The notes under the pieces were generated by a model, which worked only from the letters and a program-made list of their open reading frames with translations, ran no database searches and was not told the origin of the DNA. From Azolla caroliniana (Eukaryota; Plantae; Polypodiophyta), in the NCBI GenBank assembly GCA_043228905.1, contig JBHGNT010000003.1, positions 18,538,001 to 18,602,000 on the forward strand: a DNA stretch of 64,000 nt, given 5' to 3'. Position numbers and translations under genes: made by a program. Below, one piece after another: positions 23,226 to 37,000 of this stretch. Each line of letters begins with the position of its first letter. The first letter of the stretch is position 1.

Positions 23226-26200
23226 TAATTCATAGGATATTATTTTCATTTATGTTTTATTATAAGAAAGTAATGTATATTCCAGATTTCTCTGGAACAT
23301 TCTAGAAGTTTCACGATTACTCCTGACAACACTATAAAAGAAGGCACTAGACATTATGTTGAACCAAATTGGTTCAACGCCAGTCTTAAGCCTCTTAGTC
23401 GCTTTGTACTTATCTTTTCACATAATATATTAGCTGTTGTCATCATCTTTCTCTCTCTCTCATCCTCGCTATCTCTCTCTCTCCTCTTCTCACTTCCTCT
23501 CTCGGGAATCTCACGCAGTCCCGTCTTCTTAGTACTAATAGTACTTCTCTTCTTAGTACTAATTCCATCTCTGCTTTAGTACTATTCCTGACAGTAGCTA
23601 CTCTCTTGTTCTCTCTCTCTATCTGTCACTCTCTATACAACAGTTACAACAATATGACAACAACAACTACTAATAAGTGTTTGCCCTAGGTCACATTTAT
23701 ACTAATATGCCTTAAGGACTATTTACAAATATAGCCTCCATGGGCTTACTAAAACATATTTACAAATATGTCTTCTACATCTGGTTTTCATCGGGTCTTC
23801 TACATCCGGTTCTCAAGATCCCATCCGGAGGGACCGAAATCCCAACACTTGTAGAGTAAGCTGAGAATGTAGTGTCATTGAGAGATCAAGTTGCTGATCA
23901 ATTGACGGTACTGAGTGGCTCGCACTCTATAGTGCCCGAGTTGGCATCGAGCTTGAGATTTCGATCGAGAGGGGTAGACACAGGTTTGCACTCAGGCATC
24001 CCGAACTTGTAGAGTAAGTTGAGAGTGTAGTGATGTTGAGAGATCAATATCCCAATTGGTGTCTAAATTACTTCGATACCGAGGAAGTAATGGAGCTCAT
24101 GCATATCTTTCATTTCAAATTTGCCGGATAAGAGTGATTTGACCTTATTAATGTCGGCTAGATTCTTTCCTCCAATGACCAAATCATCCACGTATAGGAT
24201 GATGACAATCAGGTTATCCGACACATTTATGACTTAAAGGTCGTTATCCGATTTTGACATTCGGAAGCTGATTTGGTGAAGATACTCGGTGATCTTCGAA
24301 TGCCAAGCATGTGGTGCTTGCTTGAGTCCATATAGTAGCTTCTTGAGTCGGTAGACTGCTGTTGGATGTTTGGTCAATTCAAAACCGAGTGGTTGAATCA
24401 TGAACACCTCCTCTTCCAATTCGTCTTGTAGGAAGGCATTCTTCACATCCATTTGGTGGAGGTGCCAACCTTTTGCAGCTGCGAGAGCAATGACTGTTTG
24501 AACAGTCATCATCTTTGCCACCGGAGCAAAGTTTTCCTCATAATCAACTCCGTGTGTTTGAGCATATCCCTTGGTTATGGGTTGTGCCTTGTAGCGATTT
24601 ATCGAGCCGTCAACATTATGTTTTACCTTGTATATCCACCTGCAGCCGATCACTTTCTTGTGTGGAGAATGGGGAATGAGATCCCATGTCTTATTTTTGC
24701 ATAGAGCTTGCATTTCTTCATTCATAGCTTCAATCCATCGTGGATCCTTGGTTGCCTCGAAAAAGGTTTCCGGTTCTTGGACTGTTGCCACCTTCATCAT
24801 AAAGGCATAATGATATGCCATATATTCATCGTAGCCGAATCGACTGACTGGGTTCTTCTCTTGAGTGGAGTGACAGAGCTTCTTGTTTGCAGAAGTTATG
24901 GCTTGTTTGACTCCATTTGTTCGGATAATTGGGAGATCAAGGCCTTCGAACTCACTATCAAGGGAGTAAGTCAACTCATTGTCGATCGAATCTTCGTATT
25001 CTGGCATTTTGCCCTTCCCTTTGTCTGGCTTCAGACTCGGCCGTGATGTGCTTTGGTCACTCGGGGGCTCTTGTGGTCCACTCAACCTTGTCGTAATTGG
25101 ACTTTCTTCAAACATGTGACCAAGGAGATCTTCATTTGCTATCTCTCATTCGGCCGATTCCAGGTCGACTGGGGTTGGAGTCGGTGTCGTCTCTAGTTCG
25201 TACCAAGATGCCGATTCGTCGAAAATGACGTCCCAACTCACTCAAACTTTTCAGGTAGATGGGTTGTAACATTTGTACCCTTTTTGTTTGAGTGAGTACC
25301 CTACAAGGATACATTTCTCCGACTTTGGGTTGAGTTTTTGTCGCTTCTCATCGGGAATATGCACGTAGGAAATCGAGCCGAATATCCGGATATGTGATAG
25401 ATCTGGCTTCTTTCCAAAAAACTTCTCATGAGGGGTTACATTGTGTACCCCAGAGGTTGTATATCTATTCATGAGATAGACGGTTGTGTTAGCTGCTTCT
25501 GCCCAATACGATTTCGGCAGGTTTTTCTCCTTCATCATGGCCTTTGCCACCTCTACTATGTGCCGATTCTTTTGTTCGGCTACTCCATTTTGTTGAGGTG
25601 TGTGTCGGCTCGAGAATTATTGTCGAATTCCTTCCTTTCGGAGATACACTGTAAATTCATCCGAGAAATGCTCCTTGCCTCCATCTGATCGAAGGCATCA
25701 TACATGCCAACTTGTGGCTTTTTCAATTTCATTTTTAAACCTTTGGAAGTGTTCAAACACTTCACTCTTCTGTTGCATAGGATAGATCCAGGTATGCCCC
25801 GACAAATCGTCGATGAACGTGATATAATATCGGCAACCACCGAATGTTTCCATCTGGGTTGGTCCCCACACATCTGAATGTACTACATCCAGGATCCCCT
25901 TGCTCACATTCCTCTCTTTTAGGAATGGTTGTCGGTGTTTTTTGTCGAATTGACAGGCTTCACATACACCTACTATCTCCTTTTCAGTAAATGTCGGGAG
26001 TCCAATTACGACTCCTTTTGACTGCATTCCTTTAAGCTTTTGGAAATTGATGTGAACAATTCGCTTGTGCCATAGTTTCAAGTTGGTTTTGACTTTGAGG
26101 CCTTTTGCAAACATAACCAACTTCACCTCATTCGATTCGAGAATAAATATTCAGCCTTTTCTTTGACCATGAGCTACCAATCGATCTTCTTTCTCAATAA

Positions 26201-29200
26201 AGCACCCTTCATTATTGAATCGTACTTGCATGCCTTGTTCGACAATCTAGCCTACCGAGACCAGGTTTTTTGTGATGGTTGGGACATGCAATACATTCTT
26301 GAGATAGGTTTGTTTGCCTTCATTCCCAAATGGGACATTTTCGATATGCCGAATCGAGTTGTGTCATCTCCAGTTTCGACATAGTCGAGTCGATCGGGCT
26401 TTCTCAACTCTCGGAACCAATCTTTATGAGATGTCACATGATTGGATGCTCCTGAGTCTACAAACCATACATCGTTTGAGGAAGAGGTGCTTTGTCGGGC
26501 CCTGTGCCGGCATCGAATGTGCTTTATGCCTCATTATGAACATCCTGCCATGATTGACATAGTCGGAATTCATGGCATAGTTCGTGAGTTGTTGACTGAT
26601 CGAAGCCGACTCTCGTTGCTTCTTTCGGCACTCCACTTCGTGGCCGAGTTTCCCACAATACCCGCATTCGATCAGGTTGTTGCGATGGCTTGGTCCAGCA
26701 GGATGGCTCCCCCTTCTGCCGAACTCCCTAGGATTGTTCTTATCGTCTTGCCATTGGTGGGAGTTGTGTTCTCGGGTCGCCCTCAGCCGAATCGGCCTCT
26801 ATTTCCATGACCAAATCCTCTTCCATCATCCAACTAGGAGTACAGCATTTGACCATCGCGTGCATTGCTCCTTTGTCGGGCATGATTTTCTTCCACCAAC
26901 AATATCAACTGAAGGTCGAAAAAGGAAGGAGGATTTTCTCTTGCGAGAATGGCCAATCTAATCATGTTGAATCGTGGTGCTAAGCCGTCAAGGCATATTT
27001 GTACCATTTCATCATCATCGATGATGACATTGATCAAACCGAGGGCATCACATAGTTCCTCATTCTTCAAGGTATAGTTAGTGATCGACATATCCTTGTT
27101 GTATATTGTTTAACTCCTGTTGGACTTGGAGCTTTTGTGTAGCCATGTTGGCTACGAAAATCTTCTTGAGATTACCCCAAGCTTCGTTTGGTGTCTTTGC
27201 CTCTCGAATATAGTTGAGCATGTAATCATGAATGCATGATGCAAGGCAATACAACACACGACTTGCAACCTGCTCCCAGGTTGGATAGTCGGCGTGTGTT
27301 GGGTTGGGTTGCGTTTCGTGACCTCCCTCAATGTAGCTCCAGTATCCTTGACCTGGTGTGCAAGGCTCCTTCACTTCTTTTACCTGATCCTTCAAAACCT
27401 TTTGAGGTTGAAACCGATGCAAGTGATTATGCTATAGGTGTTGTCTTATATCAAGATGGTAAACCAATAGAGTAAGAAACTTGATTTTGCTCAATGTCGG
27501 TATACCGTTCAAGAAAATGAATTATTTGCAATTATACATGCACTCAAAGCATGGCGTCATTATCTTTATGGAAATCGCTTTGTGGTAACTACGAACCACG
27601 AGTCCTTGAAATATTTTTGTGACCAACAAGACCTGAAAGGTCGTAAGGCACGATGGGCTAATCTCATCCAGGACTTTGATTTTTCAATTACGATATCGTA
27701 AAGGTTCCATGAATACTGTTGTTGATGCACTAAGCCGCATTCGTGAAGTTAACATGCTTAGCTTCACTGAAATAACATCAGATCTTTACGATCACCTTCA
27801 AGGAAAGTATCCTGATGACAGTTATTTTGTGAAATATTGGGCAAGAGTTGAGTCTGGAACAAACACCACCACATCCTCGAAGGAATACTTCCACATTGCT
27901 AACGGTCTGCTCTACCATAATGGGAAGGTTTGTGTTCCAGATTTGCCTGAAGTCAAAAAGAGAATTCTTTTTTAATGCCATGATGCACCCTCTACGGGGC
28001 ACCCCGGAATACATCGTACAATCGTTCTCATCTCCACTCAATTCTATTGGCCTAATATGCGTCCTGACATACATAGCTATGTGACTAAATGTCACCAATG
28101 TCAGGTTAACGAAGCCGAGTGACTTAAAGCCGCATGACTTTTACATCCCTCGGACATTCCCAACAATAAGTGGGAAAGTATATCCATGGATTTTATTGTT
28201 AGCCTTCCTCGCACCCAAAACGACCATGATGCCATCTGGGTTGTGGTTGATAGACTAACTAAAATGGCCAGATTTATTGCTACTAAAACCATGGTAACAG
28301 CTTCTGAATTGGCTTACCAATTCGTTGACGAGTTATTTCGTTTTTATGGGTTACTGATGGATATTGTGAGTGATCGAGATCCAAAGTTTACTAGTGACTT
28401 CTAGACTCAAGTCTTTAAGAAGTTAGAAACTACATTGAGCATGAGCTCCATGGAACATCCTCAATCCGATCGACAGACAGAACGAGTAAATCAAATTATT
28501 GAGGACATGCTTCGAGCATATGTTGGTACAAAACCAACAAAATGGGAACGTTATCTCCCAAATTTGGAGTTTGCTTATAATAGCTCCAAGCATACATTCA
28601 CGACATATAGTCCTTTTATGTTGATGTATGGTTTTCAGCCACAAGCCCCGATTGATGTTAATATACATCATGATGAGTTGCGAAGTATGCAAAACTTTCT
28701 TCGGGATATACAAGATATGTTGCATATTGCACGAGATAATATAAAAACAGCTCAAGATAGAGAGCGTTTTTATGCCGATCATCATAGGCAACCTCATGTA
28801 TTCAACCCTAGATAGACGGTATTTTTACGTGTACCTCACAATTCTAAGACATTGTCTAAGGGTAAGTGCGCTAAGTTAGCCCCACGGTTTTGTGGACCTT
28901 TTACAGTCCTCAAACGCATTGGGTCATCAGCCTATCGTCTCGCTCTTCCCGATGGTGTTGAAATTCATCCAGTTTTTCATGTGAGTCGTCTAAAAGAACT
29001 TCTAGGTTTTGGCAACAATACATTTACAACTGAAACTCTGGTTACTTCTGAAGAATTATCTTCTAAACCACATGTACCAGAAAGAATTCTCGATGTTAAA
29101 ACAAAAAAATTACGTACTACGGAAATCCGAGAATTTAGAATAAAATGTATGGATAAATCAATAAAAGATGCCACATGGAAACGCGAAAATTCTCTTAGAA

Positions 29201-29316
29201 CTAACTTCCCCAACTTTCAATTGCAAGAGTGCAATGTTTTAAAGAGGGGGAGTATGTTACGGGCATGACCATATAATATCCCGTGGTGAGAATTTACCGT
29301 AGTATTCTATACACGT

Positions 29317-30067
29317 TGTCGTAGTGTATTTCGTACACTACGTGAAAAAGTAAAAATAATATAACCGATTTAATTACATATAAATAAATAAAATAAGAAT
29401 ATCAAAATATTTATCACGTGCATAGGGCAGGATTCGAACCCTGTACCTCCACGTAGCCAAACCTCAACTTTACCATTATACTACCTTATCTTTAGTGTTC
29501 TATAAATAGATTTAATAACTATAAGTCCTTTATTTGCGCCTACCTTTATTAAAAGGTAAATCGTGCATTTTTAGAGTGTGTGAATATTTTATAGAAAAAA
29601 AACGCAAGCAACTAAAAAGTGACTCGTGCACATCTAGCGTGCATGAGCACTATATTTAGCAAATAAAAGCAAGGATTAGAAAAGCATCACATGCATATTT
29701 AGTGTGCATGAACATATTAGAAAAAAAAAGCATGTAGCTATGCTTAGTCTCTCCCATCACTACATAAGGATGGAGAGCACAATGTAATAGTGTGTGAAAT
29801 ATTTGGGAAATTGGATATATTTCCTAAAACACCAATTAACAAACTATACTCGTGGGATTCACGAGATTTCTATATCTTTCTCTATCAATCTAAATACATA
29901 TTCTTACATAAATATTAATCAATAAAATACATTATACTTGTGGGATTCACAAGTTTCTAATAATCTACTCATAATTATAATAGTCTCAAATTCTTCCTCC
30001 TCCTAGTCCAAAACCCCGGTGGTTCCCACCCGACTCACGCAACGATCCGGAGCCGAAAGGCACAACA
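29317..30067 (+). mobile_element. Solo LTR of the Trp-primed gypsy family, same subfamily as 16877-17773
   Basis: TGTCGTAGTGTA...GAAAGGCACAACA; TSD ACGT/ATGT. Confidence 0.9.
29419..29490 (-). promoter_or_regulatory. tRNA-derived A/B-box cassette in LTR U3
   Basis: A box TAGTATAATGG at 29483-29473, B box GGTTCGAATCC at 29440-29430, followed by T4 tracts on the minus strand. Confidence 0.75.
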
Positions 30068-30601
30068 ATGTGGATAAGTGTGAGGGTTAAACGAGAGTGT
30101 AAAGAAGGGGAGGATTACTTTTAATCCTCGAGATTGAGAAAACCCATTAGGCCAAGTGTGAACTTGCATGGGGGCCTTGGGTATCACTATAAATAAGAGG
30201 CCTAGCTACCCGCATTTCATCATCTTTTGACTACGTCGAGACTCTATTTCGTGGTGGTTCAACTCTTGTAGTGAGCGCGCCAGCACTAGGTACGGCTCGA
30301 CGCCACGACGGTGGTATGGGACGCCAATCGAGGCTCGAGTCCGTCTCGATCCCTTCACTCAGGGGTGGTCGGGTGGATCGGCACCCTTCTTTCTCTCTCT
30401 CCTTTCTATCTTTCTATCTTTTATCCTTATCATATGCTTACTTTAGATAATATCTCTAACAATCTTCAAGGGGAATTTTCCTTAATATGCCTAAGGTTCC
30501 AAGACACCAATCTACTTTTGAATTTCATTTTAATAGAGCCTTCAAAACTGATTAATGATGAACTAAAAAGGTTACTTAAAAATAATGAGATTTATTTTTA
30601 C

Positions 30602-30855
30602 CTTTTGGATAATGTAAGAATCTCTTGTATAGAACTTTCCATAATCAAATTTGGGTAAAGGAACCGGTTGAAAATCTTCAATTCTCCAAATATCCATTCC
30701 GCTCAAAATTAATGTAAGATGCAAAAAAACAAACCAATTGTTTCTAGTTTGAGACTTTATTACCAATCCTTAAAACGAGTATTATTCTTTATAGGATACA
30801 TTTTCTAACCAACTCCTTGGAATGCAGGATCAACATTTTTCATCGGCACAACCAT
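30602..30855 (-). pseudogene. VLN: Villin gene fragment (coding exons 1-2) with a premature stop
   Basis: Exon 30855-30800 encodes MVVPMKNVDPAFQGVG*K, followed by a phase-2 GT-AG intron. Exon 30701-30602 encodes [33 protein letters not shown]. Matches the plant villin N-terminus; no exon 3 seen. Confidence 0.88.
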
Positions 30856-31664
30856 TTCACAATGGTTCTGGCTGATTGAGACAAGATTCTTTATTATGGT
30901 TGGCACATGCAAAATGTTTTTCATGTAGGTTTTGTCCACTATCTTTCTCAAATGGGACACTATCGATATGCTGAATGGGGTGCATTGTGTCAACGCCAAT
31001 TTCCACATAGCCGGGTTGGTCGGGCTTTTGCAACTCACAGAACCAATCTTCATGAGACGTCATGTGATTGGACGTTGTCGTGAAGAAAACCGTCCCCATG
31101 CGCAAACCGTGTATAGTGTGAGTGAACCGGCCCTTACACGCGGGCACGTCCCTTGTCGTATAGTAGATAGGTAGGCACAAAGGTTAAATCCTAGGTAGCA
31201 ATATTCTGTAAGGGAAATCGAGGAGTATCTCTGTCCGAAAGGACAGAGAATTAATGTGATGTAAACGGGTGAAACAGCCTCCCTCCTTGAGCTATAAAAG
31301 AGAGGGAGCCGGGGGAGAGAAGATATCGCGCGCTAGAGGGAACGAAGTGTTGTCGGACTGGGACCGAGCTCTTCTTCTCTATCATTCTCCATAGCTTTCT
31401 TTTGCGCAGGCTCTCAAGAGGCTGAATCTGCTCCGTGGAATGTCCGTGTGCTTCCGGCAGAATCTCCATCTTGCTCTCCTGTGTGCGTGGGGATCAGGCG
31501 TCGACATCCACCTTGCCGACTTGGCCGGCTGTAACCGTTCGAGTCGTCTGCATACATACAAATACATGCCTATATTTACATACACACTCTAGTGTTCTCA
31601 ACTCGCGTCTCCTGTGTTGTTGTGACGCATCCCCGTGCGCTTCTTTGTCTATACGTGAGTGAGC

Positions 31665-31707
<43 letters not shown>

Positions 31708-31823
31708 CCTCACCTATTCCTCGGTCCAAGACCCCAGTGGTCCCGCCTTGTTCTCCACGCACGCGCGTAACAACGCGACATATTTGGTGAACCCGACATG
31801 AACAGGCGGCAGAGGAGTAGAAG

Positions 31824-33950
31824 ATGAGGGGGTCGGACCTTGCAGAAGCCATGGCTTCGGCTGTAGACCGTATAGTGAGTGCGCGCGAAGGCACCGGCGT
31901 CCTTGATAGGGCTATCGAGGCGGTTGTCGGTACGATCGGCCGGTTTAGTGGGAAGGATGCCACGAGCTACTTGGTGTCCTACCGGGCTGAGATGGTAATG
32001 AAGGACATTCCAGAAGAGAGGCGTCTAGCCGGATTCCCTCGAGTGGCGATGCCGGGTATCCATACGGAGGTGCTCGAGGTATGGGCCGAGAGCCGGACCT
32101 GGGAGGAGTTCGAAGGTCGGCTCCTCGAAAGATACGGGCTTGAAGATGCGCTTCGACTTTCGAAGCGGGACTTCATGGAGTGGGTGGAGACCCCCGACAA
32201 AGGAAGGAACGCGTCAGTGCTCCTTCGGGAGTTTGAGGAACGCTTCGCGCGCCTCTCGGTGCTTGACCGGACCGTTCTGGACACAAGTCGTGTCCTATTG
32301 TTTGTTAAGTCGGTTGACGAGCGGGATCGGGAGCAGGTAGGCCTCCTATTGGAGACTGATGACGGGCTGACGGCCGACTGGGCCGTGGTGAAAAGGGTCT
32401 GTGGCCGTTTCGACAAACGGCGGGAATGGGTTGACAAAGGATCGACAGGGGCGGGCTCTGTCGCAGCAAAGAAGCTCGAGCCAACACCACCAACGCGAAG
32501 GGAAGAGACCCAAGATTGGCTCGAGACCAGGTCGGCTTTAACTAGCATGGTCAAGGGCTCGTCCGGGGGAGTAGCTCTGGAGGAGCTGACGCGGATGGTA
32601 AAGGATCTCCAGATCGCCTAGGCACGAAGGGATGGTGGTGAACAGGCCCGTGACCAACGACCTTTGGCTGAAAACAGGTGCATGTGGTGTGACGCGGTTG
32701 GGCACATTCGGAAGTACTGCGGGGACTTCGCCGAGGCGATGAGAAGCAACGTGGTGTACTTGTGGAACGGTCGGGTGCACGCCAGCGAGACCCGAAGGGC
32801 CCTGAACTTGAACGTCGGGCGAGGGGGTATGAAAAGGCTGATGGAGGAGGCAGCGGCTTGTCACACGAAGACCGTCCACTACTTGGCGTCAGCTGGTATT
32901 CGGGTCGGAGGTGGCGAGGCCCCGAAGATGAACAAAGCCGGGTTCTGGCCGACGATGCTGGAAGGCCTCGCCGGCGCACGACTGAGGAAAGAAGAGGTGG
33001 ACCGCGTGGAAAAACGGGTCCGGGAGGTAACCGGGTGGAGTGACCCGGTGGAAGAAAAGACGGGCTTCGTCGAAGCCGCTTGTCAAAACTACGAGGCTCT
33101 AGTGAAGGACAAGCGGGTAGGAAAAACCGGAGGGGCCGGGCCCTCGCATCGATATGAAACTCGATTCAGGCAAAGACGGAATGAGGCTGTTGTAACCGGC
33201 GCCCAGGATAATCCCAAGAAGAGCGGGTACCGGCTGGGCACAGAAATCGAAAGATCCACGGACCTGCGAAAGGTCCTGGAAGAACGAATCCTCGACAACA
33301 AGGTGGAGCTATCGCTGAGGGAAGTGCTCGGGATCGCCAAGAAGGAGTTCCACGACTCCATCGTAGACTTGGTGAAGAGGAAGAGGCTGTCGACAGAGAC
33401 AGAACCGGAGAAGCCGGTGGAGGTGCGAATGACGCACATAGAGGACATGGCGCTGGAAGACGAGTTGGTGGAGAGCCACTATTCGAGGCCGCATTGGGCC
33501 AGAGCGACCACGGAGACCCCCGTGAAGATCAAAGATGTTCATGAACCGGTGGTGGCGTTGGTGGACCATGGTTCAGAAATCAATTTGATGTCCATGGACT
33601 TCTATAAGAAGGGAAAATGGCCGATCAACACCAAGCACGGGTGGAAAATACGAGCGGCGACGTGTGCCACCGAAGAACTGCATGGAGCCTGCCCGAACGT
33701 ACGAGTAAAGATCGGCGATGTCGAGATTGACCATCACTTATTCGTACAGGAGACGTCCTCACATCCGGTTATACTAGGAGAACCATACATCACGGCAGCA
33801 CGGATGGAGACCAAGGTGCTGGACAACGGCTCGGCCTATGCAAGGGTCAAGAGCCAGGATGGGCGTCACTCGGTCCAGTTCCTGACGGTGAGACCGAACA
33901 ATGAGAGGAACCACGAGACCCTCGAGAGCGAAAGCCGGGAGGATATTTGA
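31824..33950 (+). pseudogene. ORF1 Gag-protease with an in-frame TAG at 32619
   Basis: CMWCDAVGHIRKYC knuckle and ALVDHGSEINLM aspartic protease motif. Confidence 0.88.
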
Positions 33951-34085
33951 AGAGGGCTATCAAGGCGTGGGGCCGCGATAGTCCGGACACTCCGGGAAAA
34001 CCCCACAAGTGTGTAATAGCGAAGAAGACCTGTGCTATAAGTAGGGAATTTTGGTTCTTCGACAACGGAGGGTGTACGACAGTCG

Positions 34086-37000
34086 ATGTTGTTGGCCGGA
34101 AGAAGAGAAGGGCGGAGGAGCAACGAGTTGCGAATAAAGGGGGTTGCGTCGGACCCGAGTTTACGAAATCCAGCCCGCATAGGACACATGTTCACCGACA
34201 TAACGCTGCGCGAGCTCAAAATCGGTGGGGGCGGCTTCCTACGGCTGGCAGAAGAGGACCATTTTCGGGGAATGCTCGGAAGGCACGGGAAGGCTTTCGC
34301 ATTCTCACCGGAGGAGATTGGGTGCGTAGACCCGACAGTCGTGGAACCGATGGTGATATTCACGGTACCGCATGTGCCGTGGAGTCTCAAACCGATTCCA
34401 GTACCCAGAGCTCACATCCCGAAGTTGATGGAGCTGTTAAAGCAGAAGGTCGAGATGGGAATCCTCGAACCATCGAGTGCCCCATACTCGAATCGGTGGT
34501 TTACCGTGCCGAAGAAGGACGGCATGCTGCGCTTTATTCAAGACCTGCAACCGGTCAACAAGGTGACCATTCGAAACACAGGAATCGGACCGACAATAGA
34601 TGAGTTTGCGGAGGCCTTCGCCGGAAGGTCGATTTACTCGGTCGGTGATCTCTACTCGGGGTACGATCAGTTCCAGCTTGCCGTAGAGAGCAGAGACATC
34701 ACGACAATGCGAACTCCTCTCGGCCTAGTACGGATGTGTACCCTACCGCAAGGAGGGACGAACTCGGTGGCTCACATGGTGAACGCAATGAACAAAGTGC
34801 TGAGGGATTGTATCCCGGACATCACCATGCCGTTTTTGGACGACGTCCCGATCAAGGGATGCCCGGTGGAGGAAAGGGACGAGACGATCAGACCGGACGG
34901 ATGCCGGAAATTCGTGGCGACGCACATCGATGACTGCGAGAAGGTGCTGCAGAGGTTGGAGGGAGCGAGGCTCACCTTCTCCGGGGGGAAATCGGCCTTT
35001 GGGCAACCAGAGATCATGGTCGTCGGACACCTATGCGGGCCGTACGGCCAGAAACCGTCTCCGACTAAGGTAGAAGCCATTTCCGCGATGAAGAACGACT
35101 GTAGCTCGGTCACGGAGGTTTGGAGGTTCTTGGGAGCGTGCGCGTTCTACCACATATGGATCCCGCATTACGCTCATGTCGCGGAGCCGTTATACGGGTT
35201 GCTGAAAAAGGGGCGAAAATTCGAGTGGAGAGACGAGCATACGGAGTCTGTCCGGAAGATGAAGGAAGCACTTGTCGCGGCTCCGGCACTCCGAAAGGCT
35301 ATCTACGGAAAGAGCACTCCAATTTACGTAACGGTAGACACGAGTCCGACCGGGATCGGATGGGTCGTCAACCAAGAGGACGAGGACGACATGCGTTCCC
35401 CGATTCGGTTCGGCACGAAGGTCCTCAGCGAACGACAACAAGGATACGCCCAGGTTAAGCGCGAGCTCTGGGGTATCGTTTCGGCGGTAAAGGCCGATAA
35501 AGACTACCTGATCGGGACAGAGGTAATTATCGAGACGGACTGCCTGCCGATCCTTGGCATGGTTTCCGGATGCGTGACGTCGGACCTGGCAATCCTCAGG
35601 TGGATAGCGTACATCAAGTCCCTGAATCCAGAAATACGACACATTTCCGGGAAAGACAACGCCATGGTCGACATGCTCTCAAGGGCGAGGTTCGAAAACG
35701 ACGACGGCATGGTTTCAGAGGACGAGGAAGTCGGCGTGAACTTCTTCGAGGCGGCTCACGTAACAACCGGCAGGGAATGCTCTCCAACGCTTAACGATTT
35801 CGACGAGAGCAAGTACGACGGGGAGTGGCTGCAGATCGGCGGGTTCCTGAGAACAATGACACCGGACGCGGCATGGACAACGGACGAGGCCAACCGGATT
35901 TGGAAGAAAGCCTACCGATTCTTTCTCCGGGACGGATACATATGGAAGCACCCGAAGAAGAGGAACGACATCCCGCTCCGAGTGGTGGCGAAGAAGGAGG
36001 ATCAAGAGGATTTGTTGGCGGCGTACCACGATAGCCCGTGGGCTGGACACCGTGGAACGTGGGCCACGTTCGAAAAGCTAAAGGGGAAGTACTGGTGGCT
36101 GGGACTATACCGGGACGTGCATCGGTTCGTGACGACTTGCGAAAGCTCTCAGGTGCACTCCATGATCCGACATCGGGACGAGCTTCACCCAACCTACCCT
36201 CTGACCGTCCACTTCAAGTGGATGGTGGATTTGGTGACGATGCCAATGGGGGTAGGACAGATGCGGTATCTAGTGTTGGCTCGGGAAGATCTAACGAACC
36301 AGGTTGAAGGCCGAGCCCTGCAGAACAAGACGACGACAACCGTGTGCCGGTTTTTGATTGAGGACGTAGTATGCCGATACGGGTGCGTAGGGAAGATCGT
36401 GGCTGACTGTGGTGAGTTGGACGCAGAAGAGGCCGAAGAGTTGTTCGACCGGCTAGGAGTCAAACTTTCGCTCACCACAGCGTACAATCCGGAGGCGAAC
36501 GGAAAGGTGGAGCGCGGACACGGGCCAATTGTCAAAGCGCTAGTACGGGCGTGCGAAGGCCGAGTCGGGGACTGGCCACGGCTGCTACCTTATGCCTTGT
36601 GGGCGGACCGGACTACGCACAGTTCGGTAACCGGGTTCATGCCGGCCGAGTTGATGTTCGCACAGAAGCCGATCATGCCAACAGAGCGAACGATCTCCTC
36701 GTGGGCCATGGTGGACTGGAGGGATGAGATGAGCCAGGAGGAACTGTTGGCGGCGCGGATTCGACAGCTCGAGCGGAGGCTGGAGGACGTAGAGCGAGCC
36801 GCGGAGAAACTTCGAGTAGCGAGGATAAGGAACAAAGCCCGATTCGACCGAACACACCGGTCCAGGCCAAGGAAGATCGAGGAAGGCGACTGGGTGCTAG
36901 TCTACGACACCAGCCTCGACAATCAACACATGGCCACGCGGAAGTTTGCGAGGAGGTGGTTCGGGCCTTACATAGTAACAGGCGCCAATGGCAATGGGAC

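Larger units (their letters stand above)
19355..23593 (+). mobile_element. Non-autonomous chromovirus (Tcn1/Tf1-like) with gag and integrase-chromodomain only
   Basis: LTRs 19355-19777 and 23149-23593, TSD GTAGC, PPT AAGGGGGAGATAG. No tRNA-type PBS and no PR, RT or RH motifs. Confidence 0.92.
19086..23847 (-). mobile_element. Copia solo LTR (resembles the family at 46802 and 53421), split by a chromovirus
   Basis: TG...CA ends, TSD CTTGT at 19081-19085 and 23848-23852, shared AAACCCTAA..GGGAAAA(A)CCA motif. Confidence 0.85.
13521..27353 (-). mobile_element. Ty1/copia element C (related to A and B), 5'-truncated in gag, host of nested insertions
   Basis: 3' LTR 13521-18029 (TGTTGAGAATCAAA...TTCTTTACA), PPT ~18030-18040. 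Decayed gag, PR, INT, RT and RH ORFs between 18284 and 27353. Confidence 0.87.
27350..30461 (+). mobile_element. Chromovirus 3' half (RNase H-INT-chromodomain) with 3' LTR 29255-30461
   Basis: PDPSKPFEVETDASDYAIG, MDFIVSLP, SDRDPKF, GPF and PERILD motifs. PPT AAAGAGGGGGAG. LTR TGTTA...TAACA. Confidence 0.87.

Noticed and set aside
27078-27475. ORFs 27078-27422 (-) and 27236-27475 (+)
   Set aside because: Chimeras across the copia/chromovirus deletion junction.
12580-29490. tRNA-like units as genuine tRNA genes
   Set aside because: Acceptor and anticodon stems do not pair properly and all units lie inside LTRs; reported as promoter-like cassettes only.
31160-31191. A/B-box-like TAGTAGATAGG ... 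GGTTAAATCC in the 31076 LTR
   Set aside because: Spacing of ~10 bp is too short and the invariant B-box C is missing.
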